This document shows positions 35,600 to 48,953 of a DNA stretch of 64,000 nt, one piece after another. The notes beneath the pieces are model-generated. The model saw only the letters and a program-made list of their open reading frames with translations, was not told the DNA's origin and ran no database searches. This DNA comes from Prorocentrum cordatum (lineage: Eukaryota), in NCBI GenBank assembly GCA_963575745.1, contig CAUYUJ010000238.1:1-64000 (forward strand). Direction: 5' to 3'. Position numbers and translations under genes: made by a program. Numbering within the stretch: the first letter of the stretch is position 1; the number at the start of each line of letters is the position of its first letter.

Positions 35600-36200
35600 T
35601 CGGTAGGGCGGGCCAGACGTTTCGATTGAGACTTCCTCACCATGTACGATCCATAAGCTTAAAATGTGCAACAGGTTCACGCATGGAGGGCGGGTCGTTT
35701 TCAACATGTGGTTCTCGCCTTAGCGCCGCACACATTTGTTTCAAAATTCACAAGAGATTCACAGATGGAGGGCGGGGCGTTGTTGTTTTATGTGGTTCTC
35801 GCTTTGGCGCCACGCATATCCGTTTTCAAAGTTTGTAAGAGCTTCACGGATGCAGGGCGGTCCCTGTTCAGAAATGTGGTTCTCGCTTTAGTACCGCGCA
35901 CATTCCTTTTAAGAGTTTACAGCCGTTTCAAGGACTAGTATGGCTGACGCCAGGGAATGGCGTTCTGGCACGATGTAGAATTCTCAGGGCGCAACAGACT
36001 CGCGGTGTTGAAGTCCCAGGAATGGTGCTCTAGCACGAATCAGGATCGTGAGGACGAAACAGTCGTGTTGATTCTCGGCGTTGAAGTCCCAAGAATTGTG
36101 TTCTGGCACGGTTTAAGATTGTTAGCCGATTGTTTTCCAACAGGGCATTTCCTTCAGTGAAAACAAACCAGTGCAGGGACCTGTGAATAAGGAATTTGAG
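35600..36200. repeat. Dispersed element: about 84-bp tandem units plus a unique tail, copy 1
   Basis: GTGGTTCTCGC..AGCGCCGC recurs at 35708, 35792 and 35876; the tail GAATGGCGTTCTGGCACGATGT...CTTCAGTGAA is shared with about 61780-62000. Confidence 0.8.
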
Positions 36201-37808
36201 GTAGGTTGTATTGCAACATCGTTGGTGGGTGTTGGGTTTACATTGGTCCTCCTCCTCCTCCTCCTCCTCCACCTTCTCCTCCTTTAGATTAATGAAGCCT
36301 CTAAAGGCCTCTGGAGACCTAGGCCTCTGATGGACTCTGGTGGGGTCTGGAGGCCTCTGGAGGCCTCCGCTGGGTGCACAGGTGCTTCCTGCGTAAATAC
36401 TTGATCCGCGCGGCTTCCCTTTCGTGACCGTGGAAGCTTCAACGGGAGCTCGGGCCAGGCCAGGCAGTGGACTGCCAGCGACCTTCGGAGACGGATACCT
36501 CCCGGGGGGCTCCTGAAGACCTCTGGGCGGGTCTGGGCAGGCCAGTTGGCGACGACCATCGTTCTGGGGGCGGCAGGTGCTGGGTCCTGCGGCAGGTCCG
36601 TGCCGTCCCGCCGCGGCGGCGACGCGTGCGTGGGCGGTCAAAAACGATCGCCATGATGCAAGCGGGTCCTGAGGGAAGCGGGTTCTGAGATGTTGTCTTC
36701 TTGTGGACCGAGCCCCAGGACTGACAAGAGCGATTCGGGATGAAGAGGCTTGGACTTGGGGAAGGGGCCCGAGGGGAGACCAGTGTTCTCCAGGACCCGC
36801 TTCTGTCACACTAAGACGAAGGCCCCCCGCGGCGGCCTCCAGAGTGCCCTAGTGGCGGGGACCTGTTGGGACCCTCTTGGGCCGTCTGGGCTCCTCTTGG
36901 GCCATCATGGGGCCACGTTCAGAACTCCGTACGTCATCTGAGCCCCAATGAAGCTCTCTTCTGGGCCTTCTCGGGTTTCCTCCTCCTCCTCCTCCTCCTC
37001 CTTCTCCTCATCCTCCTCCTCCGGCGTCGTCAAGACAGCAAATTTACCGCAGGCGGAGCTGGCAACAGTAACGAACCTCGGGGGCGCCAGTCATTGGACA
37101 AGGCGGAGCCTGTGGCGTCGATGAATGTGACCCAGGATGATCTCCGTCTCTATTTCTTCATGTTTGCCTACACCCGGGAACTGGCACCGAGGCGGTGGCA
37201 GGGCCTGCAAGTACAGGCGGCCCAGCTGCAGGCGCCGCGTGTGGCCCGGAGCTCGGTCAGCAAGCAGGCGGAACAGCTGCGGGCATGCATCGTCATCGGG
37301 GGCGTTGCGAGATCTGTCGTTGCCCCTCCCTTCCCCCCCCCCCTTCCAGCCCGTGGTCTCCGCGCCGCTGCTGCCCTCCTTCCCCTCTCTGCGACTTAGT
37401 CGGGGCACTGAGCCTGGTTAGCGGTTGGCGGCCCAACTGATATTATGGTTAGGCTTCAACGTCTGTCGGAAGGCAACCAGCCCAGGGAGGCAGCTCCGAT
37501 TTCGGCGCACGCGGGCCTCGATGCGCCGCGGGCGCCCTCACGGCAGCGTCACCAGGTGGAGCAGATCCAGAAGGGATGGCGCAGGTTCACGGGGCAGTGA
37601 GCAGGACGACAGGCGAGAGGCAGCAGCTGCACACGCGCACGAATGAGATCCAGTTGTTCTGCCGCGCAATCCTGCCACCGAGCTGGGGCGGGCGCCTATG
37701 GGAAGGGGCAGGGGGCGGGCGAGGTGCCTCCGAGCGCCCCGCCCGAACTATCGATCTTGGCACCACCTTCTGCCTGGAAGCTTCGGCACGCGCACACGGA
37801 TGGCACTA

Positions 37809-37974
37809 CGGCCAGGAGCGTTTGCTGATCTTGCCGCGCTGCCAAGTCTAGCCCACGGCGCCTCGGGGCGCCACGCCACCCTCGACCAAGCCCCCACACG
37901 AAAACGTCCCGAACTTCTCCCAGGCGTCTCGAAGGGGCCGCCGCCGCGACACGCTGGGCAAAAGTTCCTGACCA
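37809..37974. mobile_element. MITE family C copy
   Basis: TA|CGGCCAGGAGCGTTTGC ... GCGACACGCTGGGCAAAAGTTCCTGACCA|TA. Confidence 0.7.
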
Positions 37975-38800
37975 TACCCACCCAGCTGCACCTCATCGCC
38001 CGCACCTCGACGTGCTCATCCCGCACGGCGCTCTCTGTGGGGTCTGCTCGCTTCCTGGGGCGAGCACCTGCGTCTTCGGAGACCGATCGGAAGGTCACCC
38101 GCCGGGGCGCGGAGACAACCCCGCTTCGCGCATCACGGCCTGCGCCAGAGCGGCTGCCCTTCTCCAGGGCGGGCAGCGCGAGGGCGCGAATGGTGACCAC
38201 GCGTCGCGCCCCGCGGGCCGCGATGCGCGAAGTCAGGCGGTTCAGGAGGAGGAGGAGGAGGAGGAGGAGGAGGAGGAGGAGGAGGAGGAGGAGGAGGAGG
38301 AGGAGGAGGAGGAGGAGGAGGGAGGAGGAGGAGGAAAAGGAGGAGGAAGAGAGGAGGAGGATGAGGAGGAGGAGGATGAGGAGGAGGAGGAGGAGCACAG
38401 CATGAGCACACGTCTCCCAAGTGCCGCGCGGATGGGGCTGGCGCTGGGCCCGCCCCCCCCCCGTCCGTCCACGGGCGGCGCCCCGGCGACCCCCCCTCGC
38501 GAGCCCTGCCGCGCCAACGGAGAGGGTGCGGTATTTTTTGGATGTGCTTAATTTTTCGCCCAAAATCCGCCTGCAGGGGGACAGGCCGACCTAATCCTAC
38601 CTGACGCTGGCGCTTGGAACCTGGGGCGTGGTCAGCGTGCCGCGTCGAAGCTCAGAGGAGCAAAAGGCACCGACACCGCTGCCATTGCCTCGTTCTCGCG
38701 TTTTTGGAAGCCTCCTGGGAGGCCCTCGTCGCTGCCCGCTGGATTCGCCTCCACATCCTGGTCAGAACGCACGCCGGGAGAGGTCCTGGGAGTAGCATTG

Positions 38801-38905
38801 GGTCGGGCATGTCCCCCTACAGGCGGATGTGGTGCGAATTTGTTTTTTAATCAAATGTGCTGCACCATTTTTGAGTACTCCTCCTGTAGAGGGACAGGCC
38901 CGACT
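38801..38905. mobile_element. MITE family A short copy (a lone right half lies at about 38530-38591)
   Basis: GGTCGGGCATGTCCCCCTACAGG ... CCTGTAGAGGGACAGGCCCGACT. Confidence 0.8.
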
Positions 38906-40869
38906 CAGGAGTAGGGCCAGAACCGGCGGCGCGACACGTTGAGCAAACGTTCCTTGTCGCAGATCCCACGCTCCTATTGTGAAGGCCTGACGGTCAGTGC
39001 CGCCGACCCTGAAAGACATCGACAACGACCAAGAGGGGGGAGGAGAAGGAGGAGGAGGAGGAGGAGGAGGCGGCAGAGATAAGGAGGAGGAGGAGGAGGA
39101 GGTTGAGCAAACGTTCCCTGCCGCAGACCCCACGCTCCTACTTGCTTGTGCCACGCAAGCATCGGCGGCGGGGCTGTTGCTTTCCTGGCATGTGTCTAAT
39201 GCAATGCAAGCTCGGCAGGCCTGGTCGAGCAGCAACGCAGCGGCATTTGGAAAAAATGCTCCAGTATGCTCTGGTATGTTGCAGCCCAGATGCTTGCAAG
39301 GGCTCCCACCCAAGAAAGCAATAGAGCCACGGTCCCACCTGCCACTCCTTCCTCCGCATCCTCCTCCCCATCCTGGTCCTGATCCTCCTGCTCCTCCTGC
39401 TCCTGCGCCTGCTATTCCTGCTCCTCCTGCTCCTCCTGCTCCTCCTCCTCCTCCTCCTCCTCCTCCTCCTCCTCCTGCTCCTCCTCCTCCTGCTCCTCCT
39501 CCTCCTCCTCCTCCCCCTCCTCCTGGTCCTCCTGCTTCTCCTGCTACTCCTGCTCCTCCTCCTCCTCCTCCTCCTCATCATCCTCCTCCTCCTCCCGCCC
39601 GTCCTGCCCGTGCACTGCGAGGGCGCCGCCATCGCGCAGCTCGACTTCAGAAACTGGCAGATCAGCCTCGGCGTGGCCTCCGTCGTCGGCGCCCGACTGT
39701 CCGAGCTGCTGGTCGGCGTGGAGGTGGAGGCTACCGTCCTGAGGGCCACCCCGGGAGCTCAACACACACACACACACACACACACAACGAAAAAATCTAT
39801 TTGGGAGGACAATATTTAGATGCCCGCGTCGATCAAGATGTCGATATAGCTGCGCTGATACAGTGAGCACCGATGCATTTACAAAACGGATCTGCCTTGA
39901 TCTCGGGCGCGCGGGCGGGGCTTGGTCCGGAGCTCCCCAAGAGGGCCCCAAACGGCTCCACATAGCTTCCAGACGGCCACAAGACGGGCTACGAGGGCTC
40001 CAGGAGGCATTCCAGACGGTCCAAGAGGGCTCGGAGTTGCCGAGTAATCGGTCCAAGACGCTCCAGATAGCCTCCAGGCAGCCCAAGAGGCCACAAAGGC
40101 GCCCCAAGAGGCATCCAAGAGCTCTCCGACGAGAGCTACAAGAGGCACAAACCGTTTCAGTCTTTCTGGGAAACACATACGTTTAGCATGTGCGGCTTTT
40201 CGGGGGCAGCATTAGGGGAGGAATAGGCTCATGGCGGGGGGGGGCATCGACCCCCAATAGCCCATTGATCGCCGATAGGAGCCCGATAACCAGCCCCGCC
40301 CAGGACCGTGCGGATTTGCTCTCGGGGGCACATCGCCGATCCATCAGTGATGCATCGCCGATCCTGGGTCGACGTCTCCCCTCTGAGCCGGTCCCCTCCT
40401 CCTCCTCCTCCTCCTCCTCCTCCTCCTCCTCCTCCTCCTCCTCCTGCTCCTCCTCCTCCTCCTGCCCTGCTCCTGCTCCTCCTCCTCCTCCTCCTCCTCT
40501 CTCTCCTCCTCCTCCTCCCTCCTCCTCCTCGCTCCCCTCCTCCCTCCTCCTCCCTCCTCCTCCTCCTCCTCCCTCCTCAACGGTCGGGCCCCCTCCTCCT
40601 CCTCCTCCTCCTCCTCATCCTCCTCCTCCTCCTCCCCGCCTCCCCCTCCTCCTCTTCCTCCTCCTCCTTCTCTTCCTAAACGTTTCTCCTCGAGTATGGG
40701 GCCTTATCGTGGGCACAGCCGGATCCGTCTCAGAGTGCTGACCCAGGCGCACCCTGGCGGGCTTCGAGCTCTGACCACGCCAGGGCCTCCGATACGCCGT
40801 GGCTGGTGTGGTCCCGGTCCCTGGGAGCGGCTGGAGCCCTTGGAGGCCAGTTTTCGGGCTCACGGGCCA

Positions 40870-41045
40870 GTATCAGCCACGCGCAGAGGGGGGGGGTAGG
40901 GGGAGGGGGAGGGCTGCTCAGAAGCATTCCTGCTTCTTAGAAGGCGCGGGCCTTCTTAGATGCAGGGCGGGCGTCTTCTAAGAAGCAGCCAGCCTCCTTC
41001 TAAGAAGCCTTCCCCCGCCCCTCCCCCCTTGTGCGCGCCGCCAAC
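40870..41045. repeat. Dispersed repeat with inverted TTCTTAGAAG/CTTCTAAGAA motifs
   Basis: Homologous copy at about 51583-51750 (CAGCCACGCGCAGAGGGG ... CCCCT(T/C)GTGCGCGCCG). Confidence 0.65.
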
Positions 41046-41108
41046 CATCAGAAAACGCCCTAGGGGTCAAGAGCGACTGTCCCCAGGATGGGGCCGAGGG
41101 GATTCCAG

Positions 41109-41183
41109 GGGTGCGCCGCCACAGAGAAGCACGGCGTCCAGTGCCCAGAGCTGTCCACGATGACCCTCCCCGTCGGCTTCCTG
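41109..41183 (+). CDS. Candidate exon (GCAATEKHGVQCPELSTMTLPVGFL)
   Basis: tccAG|G acceptor, possible TG|GC donor, coding-like codons; in frame after the 35159 exon. Confidence 0.3.
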
Positions 41184-41379
41184 GCGCGGCCCCGGGGGTC
41201 CCGACCCTCTCCCAGGGGCAAGTGTCTCGCCCCGGGTCCGTTTCTGATGGCCCTTGGGCGGACTGGAAAACGCAGATGGTCGGAGGTCTGGGCCTCCCCC
41301 ACGACCGTTGCCCCTCGGCCGCCTGGCGCCCCGAGCGACGCACGCCGCCCAGGTCACGCGCTTCGGCGCCTGCTGCTTG

Positions 41380-41552
41380 CAGTCAACCTGCGTAGTAAGG
41401 ATGGGCTGTGATCCCAAGGGTGCCCTCGCATCCTTGCCTCCTCGACCCATCCTGGGTCACTTTCGTTGGCCGCGCCCCGCTCGAAAAGCTTCGAAACGGC
41501 CTTCCAAGGCCCTTGCATCCTTATCGTGCATCCTTACTATATGGGTCGACTG
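41380..41552. mobile_element. MITE family B copy
   Basis: CAGTCAACCTGCGTAGTAAGG ... CCTTACTATATGGGTCGACTG|TA. Confidence 0.8.
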
Positions 41553-42234
41553 TACGTCGGGGGGGGGGGCGCAGCGTCCCATGGAGAAGTGGACGAGTAA
41601 ACAGACATTATGGGTTCGTCGCCGCCGCCGTCGAGGCTTGGCAGGCCGCAGCCAGCGACCCAGACGAGAAACGCTGGTTTTCTTGATCGTCCATGCGCAG
41701 CCTGTGTCCCAATCGTTTGGTCGAGGTTCTTGCCTTGTGGCTCCTCGAGCGACACCGCCCAGGTCACGCGCTTCGGCGTCTTCTGCTACGTGGGCGCAGA
41801 GCAGGACGCGCTTCTGCCCACGAGCCAGATGTCCAGGCCCCCTCGGGCCCGCCGCAGCTTTGCTGCGGGGCTCGGCCGGCCATCACGCGGTCGGTGTCGG
41901 GGCACCCAGAATGTTCGAGGTTCGAGCTTCCCAGTCATGCGACGTCCTGAATTTGTTGATACCGTCAAGACGCTGAAGTAAGAACCACGTTGGACCACGT
42001 TGGTTTCAGGAGAGGAGCTTCATGCCGTGGAACGTGTTTGTGGCCTAGGTTCCGCCATGGCCAGGAAAGTCCCCTCTCTCCTTATTTTGCGTTTATCTGC
42101 GCCGTCGCCGCTTCGGTGGGCAGCGCTTTCTCAGATAGCAAGATCACGAAGCCGTTAGGGCAACCTCGCGAGCCACGCCGCTGGCGCACGAGACCAAGAC
42201 AAACCCGTGGGTTTCGGGCGGGGCGCCGCCGCGC

Positions 42235-42760
42235 TCAGGCGGGAGGCACCGCGAAGCCAAGCTCTGCGGCGAGCTGCTCGGCCTCAGCCATTGAGCTCGC
42301 CGCTCTCTTGTCGAACTCCCCGAACGCATTCGCAAGGACGCCGGCGGCCCGCGCTCCAGAAACTCGCGCGAAGGCGGCCGCAGGATCAGCATGTTCCGCA
42401 TGCACGTAGCGCGGGAGAGCATGACGTAGAGGTGCAGCCACCACTGCTCGTCCCACATGCCCGTGCTACCAGCGCCCTCATACCTCGGACGGTCGATGGT
42501 GACGCACTTGCGAAGCGTCTGACCTTGCGACAGCGTGGAGGTGAGGTAGGATTCGTGCGTCATGGTGAACCCCGTGCGGCGCACGGCGTGCTGCCCCGAG
42601 CTCTGCCACACGACTTCCTGCTCGATGGGCCTGAGCAAGTTCCGCGCCCGCGCCTCGGCCTCGCCGTCGCCTCCAATGCCTTCGTCACCCATGGGCAGCA
42701 GCCCGGCGACTTTCTGGTAGATAGGGGCCTTTTGAAGCCGTGCCCACATGCCCCGCGGAG
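42235..42760 (-). pseudogene. pif1: PIF1-like SF1 helicase C-terminal fragment, probably from a Helitron/Helentron-type element; frameshifted and 5'-truncated
   Basis: RRTGFTMTHESYLTSTLSQGQTLRKCVTID (motif V-like T..SQGQT) and HLYVMLSRA (motif VI-like YV..SR). The plausible C-terminus (NAFGEFDKRAASSMAEAEQLAAELGFAVPPA*) continues in another frame after about 42337. No Walker A region upstream. Confidence 0.75.
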
Positions 42761-43383
42761 GAAGCGGGGGCGAAAGAGCTGGCCTCGCGCGCCTTCTTCG
42801 CACCGCAGCCGGTTTGCGAACCCCATAAAGAATTGGGTTCCCACTCAAAACTTCCTCACCATCCATTCCGAGACGAGGTTCCCGCTCAAGACTAGATTCC
42901 GGATCCACACCCCACGACACTACAGGTGACGACGGTAATAGGATTTGGGTGACCCGTTCGGGTTCCCGACATGGTCTGCTTGCCCCATCGGGACAGGGCG
43001 CCCCGCCTGAGATTTCCCCGCAAATCACTCACAGACGAGGTTCCCGTCCGAGTATTCCTCCAGACCCTCGCTTCGGGAATTCAAAAGTGGCGGCATTCGC
43101 ATGGTCTGGATTACCCGTTCTGATGACGAGCTCCTAACATGATCTGGCCACATGATATGGCGGCCCCATTGGGAGGGTCGCCCGCCTGAGACGCCCCCAC
43201 GATTCAGTCACAGGCGAGGCTTCCGTTGGAAACCTTCCCTAGCTGAATGTGTGGGTGTGTGGGTGCCACTGGGATTGTTACTGATGATGTGGATGATGAT
43301 GGGATGTTGACTGCGATGGCGATGGTGTTCATGATGGGACGGCGACACTGGTGATGATGATGTTGTGATAGCGATGAGGATGG

Positions 43384-43416
<33 letters not shown>

Positions 43417-46400
43417 CGATGACGGTGTGGGTATAAGTGATTGATTGCGTGTGGGAGTGAGCGAAGCGATGATCATGATGGTGGTGATGGTGATGACGAC
43501 GATCGTGGTGATGAAGGCGATGGTGATGATGATGGTGATGGTGGTGATGATGATGATGATGGGTGGGTGTTCCTCCTGATGTTCCTGCGATGAGGTGTCG
43601 TGAGAAAACAAGAAGCCCACAGACGATGTGAAAGCGCACCCTGAAATGAAAATTGTTTGGGGGACCCATTGTTTTGGGTGTTGTTCCCCCCGCCCGCCTG
43701 GAAACAAACGAAAAAATGTTGTCCGTGTGTTTGTTTCGGGGGGGGTCCTCACAATTGCCCGGTTCCGCTTCAAAATGTGTTGTTTTTTTCGTTGGGGATT
43801 TACATGTTGATTTCTGTGTGGATTGCGGATGTTTGTTTGGTGAGACGATACAAAAGTTGTTGTGTGTTCGATGTGCAATCCTAGCGTGCGGCTTACCCTT
43901 GAAGTCCTGTTGTGTGACATGGTGAATTGTCAAGTTGGTTCCTGTTGCGTGTGTGAGTCTTATACATACCACGTTTTTATGCGATGTACACTATAACTTC
44001 TTCGCCGGGCGAGTTGCAACTTGATTTTTCTTGTGCGGGTTACACATGAAAAATTGCCGTGGGGCTGTACAACAGGATATTTGTTGTAGGGGGTGTACAT
44101 GTTGGTTCCTAGCGTGCGCGTTATCAGTAGAATCCTGTTGCGCGGTTTAACAATGGAGCTTCTGTGGGCGATTTACGCAGTTGCTTCTTATTGTAAAGTA
44201 CTCACGATTTGATTTCAAGTGCGCGGGTATTCGGAAATATTCGCAGGACAGCACGCCACGCAAGACAGCACAAATAGAGCGCAGCAAAACGAGCGAGAAA
44301 TCACGGGAACGCTTAGAAACCAAGTCGCGCGGCGAGGGGTTCAGAGGACGAAAACAGATTAAGACTCTCCGTCCGGATTGTTCCCTGACGCGACCATATG
44401 TGGGTCCGATCCTCGAGAATTGTAGGAAAGAGCCTCGATCATCGAGATTCTCTCTGACGCCCCTGCCCTTGCCCCTCCCTGGGGGCCTCTGGCGGGCTCC
44501 CGTCTCCGGGGATCGAGAGGCTCTTGCTTTCGCCTCTGCCCCACCCTGGGTGCTACTCTGGTGGGTTTCACGCGGCCGCGGCTGGATTCCCTGCGCAGCT
44601 CTGGCCTCAGACACGCTCGCATCGTGGAAAAAAACACAGCGGAAGGTTCGTTGCCACGTTCGGCCTCCAGGGGTCCTCGCCAGGCCCCGGGACTGTCGGA
44701 CAACGATTCGGGGTGAAAGACCAGTCCCAGGGAACAGGTGGGACGTCCAGGAAGCCCGCATTGAAAAGATCAAGGCATCCAATGTCTGGGGCAAAATCTC
44801 AGGGGCGGCCTAACCGACCCCTACCAAGCCATCCCCATCCGTGACGTCCTCCTCGCCTCGCCCCAAGACGTATGTATGCGGCCAGAGGGGAGCTCGAAAG
44901 GCGAGGATGACGTCACCGAAGGGCATGGTTTGCCAGAGGTCGGTGAGGCCGCGCCCCAAAATGAAGGCATCCAATGTCTGGGGCCAGAGCGCACCATGGG
45001 CCAAGTCGGACGACTCCCCCCCTGGACCTCACATGGGGCGGTGGAGGACGGCTCGTGCACGTGGGGTCCTGGGGCCTCTCCCCGTTCAGTTTTCCAGCGT
45101 GGAAAATGTGCCTCCTGCGTGCGCTTCTTGCGCCAGCAAGCTGCTTCTCGGCCACTTCAACTCGATCGACCCTCGTCCCTTTCGCGCGGGCGGGCGGGGA
45201 CCATCAGGGGCGGGGGCGCAACAGTGCAGCTCTTCTGCGTTCCAACGAAACGTTCCGTCGTTTCCAATGCAAACGTCCCCGTGATGCAAATCGTTTGCTT
45301 CGTTTGATGCGCAACACTCCCAGGCTGCAAATGCCACGCCTCCGCACGGCAGCGCCACGGAGCAACCTCTCTGGCTTGCAGCGCAACGCTTCCATGCTGA
45401 AATGCAGGGCCTCCACGTTGCGGCACGTGGCCCCCTGCTCTGCGGCCCCCACTGGCCCGCCGTGGTCGCGTGGGATAGGCTCGAGTCGACTCGGCTCTCG
45501 GCTCGATCAGCTCCCGACGTCGCACAGTCCTTTTTGGGGGGGGGGCACGGGCACAAGACAGACGAGGAAGCGCCCACCTGGCATGCGTCGCACAGTCGCA
45601 CCTCTCGGCCAGCCGCCCCCTCCGCACGCCCCCCTCTTGTCCCCCCATCGCTCGAAGAAGAAAGAACCACAGAAACGTAAACTTTTGGCGCTCCGCGCGG
45701 ATTTCTTGGATCCGCGCTAGCCCCCCCTGGCGGTGCCTCCGGCGCTGCCCCTGGCGCGCTATTTGTTCTTCTCTTCTAATCGCACCTCTCGGCAAGCCGC
45801 CCTCTCCGCACGCCCCCCTCTTTGTCCCCCAGCAGACGCCGCCACCGCCAGCCCCTGCGTGTGAGATCGGCACCGCGGGCCCGGCGCCAGGATCTTTGTC
45901 CTTTTGCTGTCGGAGCGCTCCGGACCGTCGGGAACGATCGCGGCGCCCGCTACACCCGTCGGACATCTTCAAAAAAGGAATCAATGTTCATGGGCTCCAG
46001 ATGTCGGTTTTCCTCCGTATGTTGGTATACACCTATATATATATACATATGTATACATATATCTATATATATATATATATATATATCGTAGTCTGGTCTT
46101 TTCAACAACTAACATCAACAATATATATGTGTGTTTTAACACAAAATGGGAACTTGACCCTGGGCGATTGCTTGAAGCCTCGGTTCTTCGCAGCACGCTC
46201 GCATATCAGGGCCTGGGCTGCTGTTCAAGAACTCGCTTGGAATGAAGCCCATTTTCTCTGCATGAGACATTATTTGCTCTAAGCAGAGGTGCACGTCTTA
46301 CAGAACCACCAGATCTCAGAGATCCCCGATTCATCCCTGTCCGATGTTGTGCCAGTCCCGGCTTCGTCTTCCGATGACGGCGAATAGAGACTGTATCCAC

Positions 46401-47438
46401 CCGTGCCTGCAGGTTCCTTGGGCGCGCCCTCGTCTCGGTTCGCCCGAGTCCTTGCCTACGGGGCCCTGGTCCATAGACTGTTTTTCTTCTGGATGTTCAG
46501 CTTTTGGCGGCTGGCCCTGGGGCCATCAAAAAAACACTCGGGACGAACAGCTTGGCCCAGGGAAGAGAACGAGAAGACCAGAGGCCTAGAGGCTCGAAGA
46601 TATTGAGCGGTCGGAGGTCTGGGCCTTTCAGACCCGAGCTCTTCCCCTCATTCCCCCTCGCTGCCACCACCCCCTCCTTGATTGTCTTCACCCTTCTCCG
46701 CAGTTCACACTGGCGCTTCTCCCGCTACTCCTACCCTCCCCCTCCTCCCCCTCCTCCCCCTCCTCCAACAACCACCCTCCAGCAGGATGGATCTGCTGGC
46801 CTTCGCGACTGTCTGGTCACTCCTGTGCCGCACAGATGGACTCGGTCTGGGGCGCCAGCCTGGACAGGGCTTGGATTCGCACAAGGTTTACCTCGAATCG
46901 ACCTTTTGCAGAGATCGAAGGAGTGCACACGTGTTCAGGCAAGGACAGGCAGGCTAGAATGAGCAGAATGAACAGAGCGCCGGCCAGGCAACCCTCGGAG
47001 TACGTGATAGGCGAGAAGCTGGAAGGAATGAGGACGACTGGAGTCCAAATCGTCGGAGGGGTCCGCACAGGAGGATGCGGGGCAGAGGGGGGAGTGACAC
47101 ATGATGGACCAGGAACTCGGAGCCCACCCCGCCTGGCATCATCGTGAACCGTGGCCCCCGGTGCTGCTGCCGCAGCCCAGATTCTGTGATGCGCAGCTCG
47201 GGAAGGCTGGCGCTCCGTCTCATCGCCTTCCTGCACGGCGGGGGCTGTGCTGGTGCCCCCCATCACGCTGCTGCTGGGCCGCGGAACGAAGCTTTGCTCG
47301 ATCATCGCCACACCTCAGCGAGGGAACGCAGATCGCCTTCCGGAGGCAGGCGCCCCCTGAAAATGCAGGGAGGAGAAGAAGCCATGGTTTGTTGCGAGGT
47401 CGAAGATCAAAGATTATTCCGCCCTGGTTTTAGAATTA

Positions 47439-47592
47439 AGTCGGGCCTGTCCTTCTGCAGGAAGAGTATTCAAAACTTGTCCAAAACTAGTCTGGGGACA
47501 ATTGTTTTAGCATGTTTTGAGTATTGTTGAGCATTTGTTGGGTACTTTTAATTTTTCGCCCAAACCCCCCCTGTAGGGGGACATGCCCGACC
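47439..47592. mobile_element. MITE family A copy
   Basis: AATTA|AGTCGGGCCTGTCC ... GGGGACATGCCCGACC|TAATT. Confidence 0.85.
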
Positions 47593-48075
47593 TAATTTTA
47601 GAAGTTCTGCCCCCCTTTTTCCCCCAAGGGCCTCGAGGACACCGACCTGGACACCCGGCGGCTCGAAGAAAGAGGAGGCGACTGATTGTGTTGTCAAGTC
47701 TGGGCCTGTGGAGGAGCATCTTTGGGCATCGGGACCACCGCAGAAGTACTCGGAGTGAAAAGCCAGAAACGGAGAATGGGGCAGGGCCAGGACAGGCAGT
47801 GAACCGTTCCAGAGCGTTCTGGAATGCTCCTGGAGCGATCCGGAGCACTCTGTAACGGCCGCGGCGCCCGACACATCCTCCAGAACCGCCGCCGGATCTC
47901 AGAGATCCCCGAGTTGTCCCGATCCGATTTTGTCTTGGCCATGGCTTCGTCTCGAAGAAGCGGTCAAGAAGTCCAGCGTGCACATGTCCCGACAAAAATC
48001 GAGCCGCAGGTTGTCTGGGCCAGAGGAAAACAGCGCTGAAAGAAGGAATGGAAAAAGTCTGGATGGATGGTGGTA

Positions 48076-48289
48076 CTGTCAAGAACGTTTGCTTAGCGTG
48101 TCGAGGCGCGGGTCTGGCCCATCACACTTCCGCGCGACACGCCGACCACATCCCAGTCCCCAAGCGTCAACGTCCCGAGCCTTTCCCATTTCTCCGCCCC
48201 GCTCTGCGGAGCGACGCGCCATCCGCTTGCAGGTCACAGCGTGTCGCGAGGGCCGTCGCCGCGACACGCTGAGCATAAGGTCCTGACCC
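48076..48289. mobile_element. MITE family C copy
   Basis: TA|CTGTCAAGAACGTTTGCTTAGCGTGTCG ... GCGACACGCTGAGCATAAGGTCCTGACC; the core AGCGTCAACGTCCCGAGCCTTTCCCA is shared with 1829-2035. Confidence 0.75.
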
Positions 48290-48953
48290 TGCTCACAGAC
48301 GGACGTGGGCGCCTGCCAGAGCATCGGAAGGCTTCCACCACGGTGGCGATCTGCTGTCAGCCGGCCTCTCGCGGGAGCGCGCGGGCCTCGGCCAGGTCCG
48401 GGGCACGCCGTCGCCTTCCCCGCGCTCGCATGCCTCTCGCGCGCGCGCGCTCGCGCCAGGCGGGCAGGGACGGGCGGGCAAGAAGGCAAGCAGACGGAAG
48501 GGGTCGACTGGGGTCGAGCCCCACAGTTTCGGTTCACCTCGCGCGTCTCACTTGTTCCTTAGTGAACCCCCGACCCCCTCTGTGTTCAGACGAGGGGCGC
48601 TCGGCAGGACAGGCGGTTGCAGGATCACCTTCATCAACCGTTAGCAGCAACAGCAGACGGAAAGGGTGACGCGCACACCGACGGGCAGAAAGAGAGCGCG
48701 TGAGCGAGTGAGCACGGCAAGGTCGCGCCGCGTCGACGCGCGGTGTCGACCTCGGCGCCGGCGTGCCAGGTTGAGCCCCGCCCGCCGCCCGAAATCGGCC
48801 GACATCGAAGGATGACCGCTTTCGGAAGGCGTCCGTCGCTCCCGGTTGCGCGCAGGTGGTCACGACATGAAGTTGTGCCACAGCATTGCAAGGCCATGGG
48901 AGGCCTGCAGAAGCAAGGAGTGGGCAGAATGATGCCCCTCGGGACTAGACTTA

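Noticed and set aside
37020..37330. RRM-like phrase MNVTQDDLRLYFFMF
   Set aside because: No RNP1/RNP2 motifs in frame; too weak to call.
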